In this document: positions 19,784-29,575 of the stretch, one piece after another
Numbering within the stretch: position 1 is the stretch's first letter
How the letters are laid out: each line of letters starts with the position of its first letter
The notes under the pieces: model-generated
What the model saw: the letters and a program-made list of their open reading frames with translations, nothing else
What the model was told of the DNA's origin: nothing
The model's database searches: none
Source: a virus
Lineage: Duplodnaviria > Caudoviricetes
DNA: 35,269 nucleotides
Strand: one strand, 5' to 3'
Virus record (IMG/VR): IMGVR_UViG_3300032320_001728
Span: 1-35,269 of that record
Translations under genes and position numbers: made by a program

Positions 19784-20839
19784 CTAATTATTTAATTTAT
19801 TCATGTATTCTCTATAAGAATCATCAGTCATTTCACTTGCTGGAGGTAATTCTAAGAATGTTCCTGCTTTTGGGTTAAATAATATACCCAACGCTGTGTT
19901 ATCTACAGACAACCTGTTCTTGATTACTTTAAGCATAATAAAATTACTTTTGAATTCTTTTAATCTATATTTTAGACATTCATTCATGTCAAGCTTATAT
20001 GGGTTCATCAATCCAATCACTATATCAGCATCATCATAAGGATTCCTTGTATTTTTAAAATCAGACTGTTGGGGAGATAAATCTACACCTTTTAATCTAC
20101 TTCTATCAACACTAGATAAACTATCGTTAAACTGGCTTATATTAAAAAAACTATAACCAAATTGATTCTTTAACTCTACACAATACTCACTCCATTTATC
20201 TATATTTTCCTTAACACTAAAACCTCTCTCTAAACTCATTAAACTTAAATGATCCAGTACAACAATACATTGCCAGTCTGGGTCATTTGGTATAAATTTA
20301 ACTATTTTTTGTTTGGTTGTACCGTCTTCTGCTTTATATGGTTCATAAATAAATCTACCATTAGCTTTACCATGTTGCCAAAGTTTAAAATACATTCCTG
20401 TAGGATTCTCTGGTTTAAATGTAAAGTTAATCTTAGAGAACATTTCTTCCATAGTAGGTATCTCACTATATATTAAGTCTTGTTCATCTTTAGTTAATCT
20501 ATTATTACCTAAACCTTTGATTTTTTCAGGAGCTATAGTTATTCCATATTTATTGTAAATAATATTACTTAACATATTACATTGCTTAGTAACTTTATCT
20601 ATTTCATAACTAAAATAAAACACATCTAATTTTACTTTCTTAGCTTTAGCATCTTGCATAGCATTACTAAGAATAAAATCAACTAATGTTGTTTTACCTG
20701 CTCCTGAGTTAGCACCTATAAGTGTATTACACTTTCTCTGAACTCCAAATATTATTTTGTTTAATCTCTTAAAACCATTAGACAGCCCCTCATACTTACC
20801 CAACAATCCTTCATCTATACGCTGTTTTAAGTCACTCAT
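19784..20839 (-). CDS. DnaB-like replicative helicase
   Basis: GANSGAGKT, FSYE, VVLDH, ISQFN, DADIVIGL, KVIKNR. Confidence 0.9.
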   Translation of the reverse strand: MSDLKQRIDEGLLGKYEGLSNGFKRLNKIIFGVQRKCNTLIGANSGAGKTTLVDFILSNAMQDAKAKKVKLDVFYFSYEIDKVTKQCNMLSNIIYNKYGITIAPEKIKGLGNNRLTKDEQDLIYSEIPTMEEMFSKINFTFKPENPTGMYFKLWQHGKANGRFIYEPYKAEDGTTKQKIVKFIPNDPDWQCIVVLDHLSLMSLERGFSVKENIDKWSEYCVELKNQFGYSFFNISQFNDSLSSVDRSRLKGVDLSPQQSDFKNTRNPYDDADIVIGLMNPYKLDMNECLKYRLKEFKSNFIMLKVIKNRLSVDNTALGILFNPKAGTFLELPPASEMTDDSYREYMNKLNN

Positions 20840-20843
20840 TACA

Positions 20844-21434
20844 TTAAATAGTATTTAATCTATCTTCACCTAAAGGCACTTCTTCTAATTTAGTATCATT
20901 CATATTTTCTAAGTATGATAATAAAGTAGAAGTATCATCTTTAGATACAAAATTATTGCTTTTTTGGCAATATTCAAACCTATTTATACTCTGTTGATTA
21001 ATATAATTTTTAGTAGCCTTAAAAATCATATCTTTCGTATATTCAGGGTATAAACTTAACAATTTTTCTAATTTTTTGTTACAGTCTGCTTTATCAGTCT
21101 TAATGAAAAAACCTGCTCTATTTTTAGTTTTAGCTGGAAATAAGTTATACCACTCATCTATCCAGTCAATATCTACTTTGGTAGGTTTAAACAAGCTAGC
21201 TATTTCTTTAGACTGCTCAACACCTGAAGGTGTTAATTTAAGATTTTTAAATATTATTTTATCATCTATTTGTTCTATTAGCTTTAATTCAGCTAATTGT
21301 TTATAAGTAGTATAGTCAATATTTTCATAAGCCATTCTAGCTTTGATATAATATACATCTTTTTTGTATATACTATATAATACAATTAGCTGATTAATAC
21401 TAAATTTTTGCAATAACTCTATTAAAGTTATCAT
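20844..21434 (-). CDS. Putative replication initiator / helicase-loader-like DNA-binding protein
   Basis: Winged-helix-like N-half (LKLTPSG) and WIDEWYNLFP...KATKNYI C-domain, directly upstream of the helicase. Function inferred from context. Confidence 0.5.
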   Translation of the reverse strand: MITLIELLQKFSINQLIVLYSIYKKDVYYIKARMAYENIDYTTYKQLAELKLIEQIDDKIIFKNLKLTPSGVEQSKEIASLFKPTKVDIDWIDEWYNLFPAKTKNRAGFFIKTDKADCNKKLEKLLSLYPEYTKDMIFKATKNYINQQSINRFEYCQKSNNFVSKDDTSTLLSYLENMNDTKLEEVPLGEDRLNTI

Positions 21435-21435
21435 G

Positions 21436-23124
21436 TTAAAAGCTTTCTGAATTTCCTGTAGTTCCTGTAGGACCTTCTATACTAGTTATTCCTTGAAATT
21501 CTGGATTAGGCATTACTATCTCATCTTGAGGAGGAGAATAATATGCTGTATTACTAGAAATAGTACTTCCAGTTCTAAAAGTAAATCCTCCATTATTAGA
21601 AATAGCATATTCTCTAGCTCTAATTTCTGCATCTATTTGTCCTCTTATTAAATCAAAAGCTGAAGCTTGATCTGTATTCAAACTTGTAGTTGCTTCTTCA
21701 GTTTCAAAAGGTATGTCATCATTATCATCATCCATATTATCTTCATCCATCATTTCATCGTATTGCTCATTAAATATAGATAAAGCTTCTTCTCTATTAA
21801 ATAATAAATCAGGAATTATTCTCTGACTAGATAACAATAATGGAGGAGTAACATTTGGATGAATAATTATAGTATTTAAATAAAGTACATAATTATTATA
21901 TGGACTAAAAGTTACTAATCTAGTATTATATTCAGGATGCTCTGAAAGTAATTGTTCTAATCCTTCAGTTTGTGCATTTAAATGTGATAATAAATGTCTT
22001 AAATCATCAAATGTACTAAATCTTAAATTAGGTATTTGATAACCAATTTCTCTAAGTCCTTGCAATAAATCTAAAACACTTAATAAAGTTATAGTCCTAC
22101 CTAATTGTCTAAAATATATATTTAATATTCCATTTTCAAAAGTATCAGTTGAATCATTTATAATTAATTCTTCTAAATCATCATCCCTTCTATTAGAATT
22201 ATTAATTTTTATTTTAGATTCATTTAAATTACCAAATACATTTAATAAAATCTTTTCAAATTCATTTATTTCATAACCAACACTATCTACATTAACACTA
22301 TTAAATACATTTTTAATATCAGTTACTCCTTTATTATATTCTGATATTAATAACATAAGTTTAGGAATAGTTTTATTTAATCTATTTAAACCTTTATGTA
22401 AATCAGAATTAGAATATACTTTATCTAATATATTGTTTATATTTATTTTAGATTTAATTAATCTTTCAGTATAATATTCTATATCTTTATCACTAAACTT
22501 TAAGTTTTTTAAAAATTCAGTAAAATTATCATATTTAGATATATTAATAGTTAATATTTCATTAAATTCTAAAGGATTATTTTTATCTTCTGTTAATATA
22601 TTCTCTAAATAAAAATTTAAAATATCCCTTTTAAAAGTAATATTTAAATCATTAATAGTTGTATTACTCAAATCAAAGTGAGTAGTTTTAAAATCTTTAC
22701 TTTTTTTAAGTAAAAGTTTATTAAACACTTTATAAATTTGAGTATTTATATCATCTGATTTAATTTCTTTTAATAAACTAGATGTAGCTGATAATTCATT
22801 ATCTCCTTGTGTTAGAGTAACATAAGGTTTAGAATTATAATTTTTTAAATAACTAATATTTATTTCTCCTTTTTTAAACTTAAATATATCTAATATAGCT
22901 TGTCTTACATCAGAGTTTAAATTACTGTTATTCTTTCTTTTATCTACCTTTAAAGGTATTAATATATCAAATTGAGTATTAAGATTTACATCAGTTTTTA
23001 GACCTAGTAATCTAGCATTAATATCAATTATCGTATTAATATAAACCTCTTTAGATAGTTTATCCATTTTTGAAATTCCAATTTTACTTAGAAATTCCAA
23101 TAAACTTCCTAATTTTTCTTTCAT
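21436..23124 (-). CDS. Hypothetical protein with long acidic, disordered C-terminus
   Basis: 562-aa ORF; no recognised family. Confidence 0.7.
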   Translation of the reverse strand: MKEKLGSLLEFLSKIGISKMDKLSKEVYINTIIDINARLLGLKTDVNLNTQFDILIPLKVDKRKNNSNLNSDVRQAILDIFKFKKGEINISYLKNYNSKPYVTLTQGDNELSATSSLLKEIKSDDINTQIYKVFNKLLLKKSKDFKTTHFDLSNTTINDLNITFKRDILNFYLENILTEDKNNPLEFNEILTINISKYDNFTEFLKNLKFSDKDIEYYTERLIKSKININNILDKVYSNSDLHKGLNRLNKTIPKLMLLISEYNKGVTDIKNVFNSVNVDSVGYEINEFEKILLNVFGNLNESKIKINNSNRRDDDLEELIINDSTDTFENGILNIYFRQLGRTITLLSVLDLLQGLREIGYQIPNLRFSTFDDLRHLLSHLNAQTEGLEQLLSEHPEYNTRLVTFSPYNNYVLYLNTIIIHPNVTPPLLLSSQRIIPDLLFNREEALSIFNEQYDEMMDEDNMDDDNDDIPFETEEATTSLNTDQASAFDLIRGQIDAEIRAREYAISNNGGFTFRTGSTISSNTAYYSPPQDEIVMPNPEFQGITSIEGPTGTTGNSESF

Positions 23125-23414
23125 ATTTTTTTAATATCTTTAATACTTCTTATTTCTTGTTCTGTATAGCTAGTACCAAATATAAAATTATATAAATTTA
23201 TAAGTAAGTCTAAGTCTTTTTCCTTATTTAAAAAATCAATTAGTTTTTTTGGAATCTTATCAAAGATTTCAAGTTTTTCAACTTTACTTTCTTTGATAAT
23301 TTTATCCATTTTAACTGCTTTTAAATTCTTATCTCCATACTTATTAATTAAATAACTTTCAAATGTATTATCTATTCCAGTATTCTCGAAATCAAACTGT
23401 AAGTTGTTTTGCAT
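23121..23414 (-). CDS. Hypothetical protein
   Basis: 97-aa ORF overlapping both neighbours. Confidence 0.6.
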   Translation of the reverse strand: MQNNLQFDFENTGIDNTFESYLINKYGDKNLKAVKMDKIIKESKVEKLEIFDKIPKKLIDFLNKEKDLDLLINLYNFIFGTSYTEQEIRSIKDIKKI

Positions 23415-24666
23415 TTGCTTTTTGATATTTAACTAAATCTTCATAATCTATTTGTCCTATTCCACTAATATTTAAAGAAGCTTCTTTTTGTTTCATTCTA
23501 GGATTACCTAAATGCTTATTAATTTTTTTAATTGCATTTTTAGACAAATTTCTAGAATAAAGCTTATTTAAAGATTCATAATAATCAGCCTGAGCTTTTT
23601 TAGCATATATAGTTTTTTCTAATTTTTTAAATTGATTAGAATACATAGTATAGCCAGTCCAATTATTACTATAAACTTCACTTAAAGTTATAGTAAAATC
23701 TTGAGTATTAGCACTATTAGGATAAATCATGTTTATATCAGTAATTTGTAGCATAGTTCTTTTAGGAACTAAAGTATCTTTTTCAGTACCTTTAAATACT
23801 ATATGGACAGTATCATAATTATCTTCATTTAGTTCAAACCAATCATCTAAAATAACTGAATTTATTCTTGAAGAAGAAGTATTTTTTATTTGAATTCTTT
23901 CTCTGTGACTTCCAATACTATATCCTAATATTTTATTTAAAATACTAGTAGAAGGTAATTTTAAATCATCATTACTTTCTACTATTTCAGGTTTAGTAAT
24001 TGTAGCTACTCCTCCAACATCTACATAATTAGGATTTTTATAACCTCCATTAGAAAATAAATACCCTTTATCTTTTATAAATCCAGATATATCAGAATGT
24101 ACCATAAGTTGATCATATTCAGGAAATAATGTACCTACTTTAGCCCATTCACCATTAGCATAATGTTTAAAAAATGCAACAGGATCTTCTTTATAACCTT
24201 CCATATCTTGATCTATAACAGATTGTATGAAATTATAAGTATCAGATAAAGTTCTATCTACCATAGTATAAGTATCTCTACCAAATATACCATTATGAGC
24301 AGTTACTGGTTTTTTTAGATCATGACTAAAAATAGTAAGTAATCCATTAGCTCCTCTCACTTCATCATGTACATAAGGATGAGCATTACTTTCACTAGTT
24401 TCACCATTAGTAGCTGCTCTACCATGTATTAGAATTTCATCATTATCTGATAAATTCCAACCTATTAGAGAATCTATAAATATTTTAGGACTTCTATCAA
24501 AAAAGCCTTTATTCATTATTAATGTAGCTTCTTTCTTATCATGATCATATTGCTTAACAGCATAACCCCAACCAGATCTATAACTTCTACATAAAACTTC
24601 TAAACAACTTTCTAAAAAGGGTTCATTTACTGGAACCCCAGCAGGTTTTAATATTAATAAACACAT
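23392..24666 (-). CDS. Class II (Ntn) glutamine amidotransferase-domain protein
   Basis: N-terminal MC, GWGYA, HGRAATNG, NAHPY, HNGIF, SDT. Confidence 0.85.
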   Translation of the reverse strand: MCLLILKPAGVPVNEPFLESCLEVLCRSYRSGWGYAVKQYDHDKKEATLIMNKGFFDRSPKIFIDSLIGWNLSDNDEILIHGRAATNGETSESNAHPYVHDEVRGANGLLTIFSHDLKKPVTAHNGIFGRDTYTMVDRTLSDTYNFIQSVIDQDMEGYKEDPVAFFKHYANGEWAKVGTLFPEYDQLMVHSDISGFIKDKGYLFSNGGYKNPNYVDVGGVATITKPEIVESNDDLKLPSTSILNKILGYSIGSHRERIQIKNTSSSRINSVILDDWFELNEDNYDTVHIVFKGTEKDTLVPKRTMLQITDINMIYPNSANTQDFTITLSEVYSNNWTGYTMYSNQFKKLEKTIYAKKAQADYYESLNKLYSRNLSKNAIKKINKHLGNPRMKQKEASLNISGIGQIDYEDLVKYQKANAKQLTV

Positions 24667-24680
24667 TTAATTATTGTTTT

Positions 24681-26117
24681 TTAAGTTTCTAATATTTTAA
24701 TTATTCTTTTATCTTCATCAAATACTAATTCATTATTAGCTAAATCATTCTTTTCTTCTTTACTATTTATATCATCTATAAACAAGTATTTTCTTTTCTG
24801 AATGTAATCTATCAAACTTTGATTAGTCTTTTTAAAAGATTTCTTGATAACATTATCTAAAGTAAACTCAAAGTTATCTTCAAGTATTTCTCTATAATAA
24901 TTATCAGCAACATAGCAAAATGCCATGCAAATTTGCACCCAAGATTTAATCTTAGTGTAATTTGTTGTACTAGAGTGATTTCTAAACTCTAGTGTGTAAA
25001 CAGGTTTAAACTTATCCCCTTTAGTATTAAACATAGCTGGTAAAAAGTTTAACCAAGCATATCTAATATTAGAATGATTATAACCTGCTTTAGCTCCTTG
25101 TGGATGGTTAGTAAGCTTATTAGCTTTTCTATCTTGATTTTGACTACAAAGTATTTTAAATAAAGTAGCATAGTAATTATCTACTCTAAAATTAAAATCT
25201 TCAACATTAGTTATATTATTAAAATTAACATTCAAATCATTTAACATAAAGCAATAAGGATTTCCCCTTCTGCTTTTAGGTAACATATCAAATATTTCAT
25301 TTTGTAATTTATAACCAAGCTTATATGCAGCTAATACAAAAGCTTTAGAAAAACTCATCCCGCCTATATGTGTGTGCATTCCGCATGTATTATTTAAACA
25401 ACCTCGCTTAGAACATTCATTAGCAATAAGTCTAAGTTGATTAAAACCTGCATCCCCTGTTAATACTCCTGTCACGACTTCAGGACCATATTTCTCACCT
25501 TTAGAGTTAGTTATACTACCATCTTTCACACAAAATATATTCAACATATTTCTTTTAATAGCATGTATAGGTATAAATCCATCAGCCATTTCTATTTCTA
25601 CACCAAAAGTATATTTCTTACCTTCAGTTAAAATATAACTAGGAGACTTTTTACCTATTTTTATTTCTTGAGATATTGTTAAATTTTTACCGCTAAACAT
25701 GTTTTTAAATTCATTAAATTTAGGATAATCTTTATTTTTTTCTACATAATCTTTATCTTGAAAATTACCTTTAATAAAGTTTTCTACTATACCTAATTCT
25801 TTAAAAAGCTCTTCATTGTACAATACGTTAGTATTACTATATCCTTCTTTATTTATATAAGTAACATAAGCATTTAAACTATTGAAATCAACATCTTTAA
25901 AATGAGTAAAACAATCTATTAATTTGCCTTTATTATCTAACTTAAAAACAGGTATTGTTGATTTTTTCTCTATGTAACAATTTAAAATTTCAGAATAAAT
26001 ATAATATCTTTCTAAGTCTTCTTTACTAGCATTTAATTTATCAAGTACAGGTTTAAAAAAAGAATCAAACCCTCTACAAACCATATTTATTTTTTCAATT
26101 TGTTTTTCAATCTCCAT
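24681..26117 (-). CDS. Putative amidoligase (Amidoligase_2, glutamine synthetase-like COOH-NH2 ligase fold)
   Basis: TFGVEIE, DGSI, GPEVVT, TCGMHTHIG, RYAWLN, TLEFR...TTNYTKIKSW. Confidence 0.88.
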   Translation of the reverse strand: MEIEKQIEKINMVCRGFDSFFKPVLDKLNASKEDLERYYIYSEILNCYIEKKSTIPVFKLDNKGKLIDCFTHFKDVDFNSLNAYVTYINKEGYSNTNVLYNEELFKELGIVENFIKGNFQDKDYVEKNKDYPKFNEFKNMFSGKNLTISQEIKIGKKSPSYILTEGKKYTFGVEIEMADGFIPIHAIKRNMLNIFCVKDGSITNSKGEKYGPEVVTGVLTGDAGFNQLRLIANECSKRGCLNNTCGMHTHIGGMSFSKAFVLAAYKLGYKLQNEIFDMLPKSRRGNPYCFMLNDLNVNFNNITNVEDFNFRVDNYYATLFKILCSQNQDRKANKLTNHPQGAKAGYNHSNIRYAWLNFLPAMFNTKGDKFKPVYTLEFRNHSSTTNYTKIKSWVQICMAFCYVADNYYREILEDNFEFTLDNVIKKSFKKTNQSLIDYIQKRKYLFIDDINSKEEKNDLANNELVFDEDKRIIKILET

Positions 26118-28083
26118 AATATCTATTCATTAGATTGCTATTTTTTATTTCTTCTTCTTGATGTTTAATTTTTTCAAGTAATAATGAAAAACTTTCATAT
26201 AAATTTCTCTCTATATCTTGAGATACTTCTTTAAAATCTTCCATTAATATTTTTAATGCAGGTTTTTCTGAAATATTAGTAAATCCACTTTGCTCTGTAT
26301 ATCTAAGAGTATCTTCATAATTTTCTAAATTTTCTATAATACTAGATAATTCATTATCAAGCATAGCATTATCTTGTTCTAATAAAAAATCATCTATTAC
26401 TAAAGCATCATCAGTATTACCAGTAAATACATAAAAAGATTTAGCAAATTCAGATCTTAAATTTTTATAAACAGTTTGATTCCATACAGAATCTTCTATT
26501 TCTACTTCAGTTGCTATTATTTCAGTTTCTGTAGCTAAAAAATCTTCTTCTTCAGCTTCATTTTCTTCCATAAATGGATAACCATTTGATTTTACAAAAG
26601 GTACATTTTGGTTAAGTCTAGATTCAACCAAACCATGTCCATCACAAATAGAACATAAATTAGATTCACTATGTATCCATCCCATACCTGTACAATTAGA
26701 ACAAGCTACTAATCCTTCATATCTATTTGGGACAGCTGGAGGGTATCTCATAGGTGTTTGATTAGAAACAGGTTTATCAGTTTCCCAAATTAATTTTTGT
26801 TCTTCTGAAACTAAAGGTCTAATCCATTCATGTTTAATGCTGTTATATTGGATATTGTCTTCAGTTAATACAGAATAGTTAGTAATATTACCACTTTTAC
26901 AAGAGGCTATAACTTTACATATTTGACCTTCTTTAATTTTAACAACACCCTCTTTATTTTCAACATCATCCATAAACATAACCCAACCTTTAATAAACAT
27001 AGAATAAGTATTATTATTTTTTTCAAATACTTCTATATTTCTAGAAGAATATGCAATATAATGTTTTCTAATAACTTCTATATGTTCACCATCTTTACTA
27101 GTAACTCTTATCATTTCATCATTAGATATATCTAAAAACGCATCTTTTACAAATACCCAATCACCATAAACAAATTTAGTCTCATTTCCAATAGCAGTTT
27201 TAAATTTTGTTCTTTGGTCAATCATTACCCACTTATTGATATATTCTTTAAGACCAGAATTAAAGTTAGTTGTAGTATGTTTAACAACTTTACTAACTAC
27301 TTTAAATTCACTAAATACATATCCATCTAAAACTTGTTTTTCAACTAAGCTTGTAGATTTATACTCATAATTTTCTTTAGCTATTTCAATAGTAGATAAA
27401 CAATTAACTCCAAAACTAAAAGTAACAGAACAATTAATTGCTTTTAAGCTACTTTCTGTAGAACTAATATATACATTATCATCATCTTTACATATACCCC
27501 AAAATAAAGGTCTTTCTGAATTTCTATAAACATATAATATAGGAGATTTTTTAGTAATATCTGTATATAATACAGCTGTACCACCATCTAATTCTTCAAA
27601 TATTGTATGATTTTTACGTTTAGCTAATATTTGAGCTATAACCTGAGTATCTGTTTTCCAATCTTTATCTTTAATTAAGCCTTCTTTAGCTGCTAAACTA
27701 CCTTCATTACTTAAAGTACCATTATGAGCCATTACAAGCCATTCATACTTCATTGGATGAGCATTTGCAGCATCAGTTTTACTACCAGAAGTACCAGACC
27801 TTACATGTCCTATTAATAAATTACTAGGTAGTAACTCATTAAATTCTTTCTTAGCAATAAATTCTTCTGCTTTAACACACTCTTTAATTACATTATCTGT
27901 AACAGGAGTCCAAATACCAGTTGAATCTTTACCTCTTTCTTGATTATGATAAAAAAGAAATCTTATCTTCTCTTTATTATAATCTGTTTTACCTATAAAA
28001 CCTATTATTCCACAACCAAATACTCCTCGTTGTCTACTAAATAGATTTATAATAATTATTAATAAACTTATTTTTACAATCAT
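26107..28083 (-). CDS. Class II (Ntn) glutamine amidotransferase with C-terminal extension; catalytic Cys is codon 24 (28014)
   Basis: CGIIGF, RGKDSTG, GHVRSGT, NAHP, HNGTL, TDTQ, RNSERPL; later CSNCTGMG...CSICDGHG and an acidic coiled coil. Confidence 0.88.
   Translation of the reverse strand: MIVKISLLIIIINLFSRQRGVFGCGIIGFIGKTDYNKEKIRFLFYHNQERGKDSTGIWTPVTDNVIKECVKAEEFIAKKEFNELLPSNLLIGHVRSGTSGSKTDAANAHPMKYEWLVMAHNGTLSNEGSLAAKEGLIKDKDWKTDTQVIAQILAKRKNHTIFEELDGGTAVLYTDITKKSPILYVYRNSERPLFWGICKDDDNVYISSTESSLKAINCSVTFSFGVNCLSTIEIAKENYEYKSTSLVEKQVLDGYVFSEFKVVSKVVKHTTTNFNSGLKEYINKWVMIDQRTKFKTAIGNETKFVYGDWVFVKDAFLDISNDEMIRVTSKDGEHIEVIRKHYIAYSSRNIEVFEKNNNTYSMFIKGWVMFMDDVENKEGVVKIKEGQICKVIASCKSGNITNYSVLTEDNIQYNSIKHEWIRPLVSEEQKLIWETDKPVSNQTPMRYPPAVPNRYEGLVACSNCTGMGWIHSESNLCSICDGHGLVESRLNQNVPFVKSNGYPFMEENEAEEEDFLATETEIIATEVEIEDSVWNQTVYKNLRSEFAKSFYVFTGNTDDALVIDDFLLEQDNAMLDNELSSIIENLENYEDTLRYTEQSGFTNISEKPALKILMEDFKEVSQDIERNLYESFSLLLEKIKHQEEEIKNSNLMNRYYGD
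28004..28014 (-). repeat. Direct repeat TGTGGAATAAT, downstream copy (encodes CGII of the amidotransferase)
   Basis: Identical 11-mer at 28706-28696 on the other side of the HNH gene. Confidence 0.8.
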
Positions 28084-28608
28084 TTATATTATTTTTATAA
28101 TGTTTTTTGAAAAATTTAATAATTCTTCTTTGGTTGCATTATTTTTCATTACATTAGCTTTCATTGATATTACAATGACATTACCTTTAACATATCCTAA
28201 TTTAGGGTCTATTTTATCTAAACTAGGAGAATTACGTTGAAAACTACCACCTTTACCATATTCTTTTCTTTCTAATTTTATTTCTAAAATCGGACAAAAT
28301 TCAGGTATAACTATGTCTTCTATTGTAATGTTAAAAGGTAAATTGTTTTTCTTAGCTCTAGCTCTAGCTTGTAATAGTAATTGATTTTCTAGATCAATTT
28401 CAAATCTAAGTTTCCGATATTCCCTTTTTCTATCACGATATGATTCTGATTTATAAAAATCTTGAATCTTATCACTTTTTCTATAAGTTTTATCATATTC
28501 TTTTTTACAATTTTTACAAGCATTTGAATATCCATCTTTATTTCTTATATTTAAATGGAAATCTTCTAGTTCTTTAGTTTCTTTACAATAACTACATAAT
28601 TTATTCAT
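28084..28608 (-). CDS. Free-standing HNH homing endonuclease with N-terminal zinc finger
   Basis: CSYC...CKNC; CPIL...SPSLDKIDPKLGYVKGNVIVISMKANVMKN. The likely start is MNKLC at 28608 rather than the GTG at 28707. Confidence 0.88.
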   Translation of the reverse strand: MNKLCSYCKETKELEDFHLNIRNKDGYSNACKNCKKEYDKTYRKSDKIQDFYKSESYRDRKREYRKLRFEIDLENQLLLQARARAKKNNLPFNITIEDIVIPEFCPILEIKLERKEYGKGGSFQRNSPSLDKIDPKLGYVKGNVIVISMKANVMKNNATKEELLNFSKNIIKII

Positions 28609-28634
28609 ATTTCTATCTATATTATTTATATAGA

Positions 28635-28666
28635 CAAAAATAATAAATTTAATTAAAACAACCAAA
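28635..28666 (-). promoter_or_regulatory. Bacteroidota-type promoter for the HNH gene
   Basis: TTTG (28666-28663)-N20-TATTTTTG (28642-28635), 26 nt upstream of the ATG at 28608. Confidence 0.65.
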
Positions 28667-28680
28667 TAAAAACTATAATA

Positions 28681-28709
28681 ATGTGTGTTATTTAAATTAT
28701 TCCACACAT
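28681..28709 (-). other. Vestigial amidotransferase start (ATG TGT GGA ATA ATT TAA = MCGII*) inside a hairpin
   Basis: Mini-ORF 28709-28692 after an A-rich leader. ATGTGTG (28709-28703) is complementary to CACACAT (28687-28681), with the stop codon in the loop. Confidence 0.8.
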
Positions 28710-28724
28710 GTATTTTTAATTTTT

Positions 28725-29573
28725 TTATACATTAATTTTTACCAATTCTTTTACTATAGTTTCTAGCTTGTATTTATCTAATAAATAAGTAGCTATATCT
28801 CTATCATTAGTATCAATAGCTTGAATACAAGCTTCTATATCTGATAAATTATCAAATCTAAAACCATTATTAATATCATCTATTAACTTAAAAGTTTGTT
28901 CAAATATATAGTTACAAATATTAATATCTTTAAACCAGAAATTACTTAATGTTCTATACTCTAAGCCAAAGTTTTTAAACCTGTAAGCACCTGCTTTTCC
29001 ATACATCTGCTTTCTTAAATATCCTTTGTCTAGTATAACACTAGGAACACCTAAATATAAGTCTAAACCTCTTAAAATAGCTAAATTGGTATCTTCACTA
29101 GGATTATCATAACCTATAGCAAGATGACCACCAGCACTTCTAAGATTACCACCAGGAGCTGGAGCTATATTTTCATCAAGTGTCCAAGAATTAAAATCTG
29201 GTTCACAACCAAACTCTTGTGCTTTTTTAGTTTTTAATTGACTTTCATCAAAATATAAAGCACTATCAAAACAAAATTTATATTTATGATTATCTAGCTT
29301 CTCTTTTTGAATATAATTAAATACTTCTAAGAAACTTTCATAGAATACATTAACATCACTGCTAGGTATAATATTAAATTCTGCTGCTACATTATCTTCT
29401 TGATAACCTAACATATCTTTCAACCATATTGGTCTTTTCTTAGTACCACCAACAAGTCCTACAAGACTTGCTGGTTTATTATTACTGTCTAGAGCAAAAA
29501 ACTCTGGATCACTTCCTAATAATACATTTTTAATAGGAGTTATTTTATTTTCATTTAATTTTACTACTTGCAT
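28725..29573 (-). CDS. phiEco32-like COOH-NH2 ligase type 2
   Basis: LGSDPEFF, GGTK, QEDNVAAEFNI, FGCEPDFN, RSAGGH, YGKAGAYR.K.FGLEYRTLSNFW. Confidence 0.9.
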   Translation of the reverse strand: MQVVKLNENKITPIKNVLLGSDPEFFALDSNNKPASLVGLVGGTKKRPIWLKDMLGYQEDNVAAEFNIIPSSDVNVFYESFLEVFNYIQKEKLDNHKYKFCFDSALYFDESQLKTKKAQEFGCEPDFNSWTLDENIAPAPGGNLRSAGGHLAIGYDNPSEDTNLAILRGLDLYLGVPSVILDKGYLRKQMYGKAGAYRFKNFGLEYRTLSNFWFKDINICNYIFEQTFKLIDDINNGFRFDNLSDIEACIQAIDTNDRDIATYLLDKYKLETIVKELVKINV

Positions 29574-29575
29574 TT

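Noticed and set aside
8503-27135. Plus-strand ORFs 8503-8775, 13426-13746, 20249-20476, 21076-21306, 26923-27135
   Set aside because: Antisense to well-supported genes; composition is typical of shadow frames.
28015-28695. Group I or II intron around the HNH gene
   Set aside because: Only ~85 and ~70 nt flank the ORF. I found no P/Q/R/S elements, no U.G P1 pair and no group II ends, unlike the clear intron at 18461-19334.
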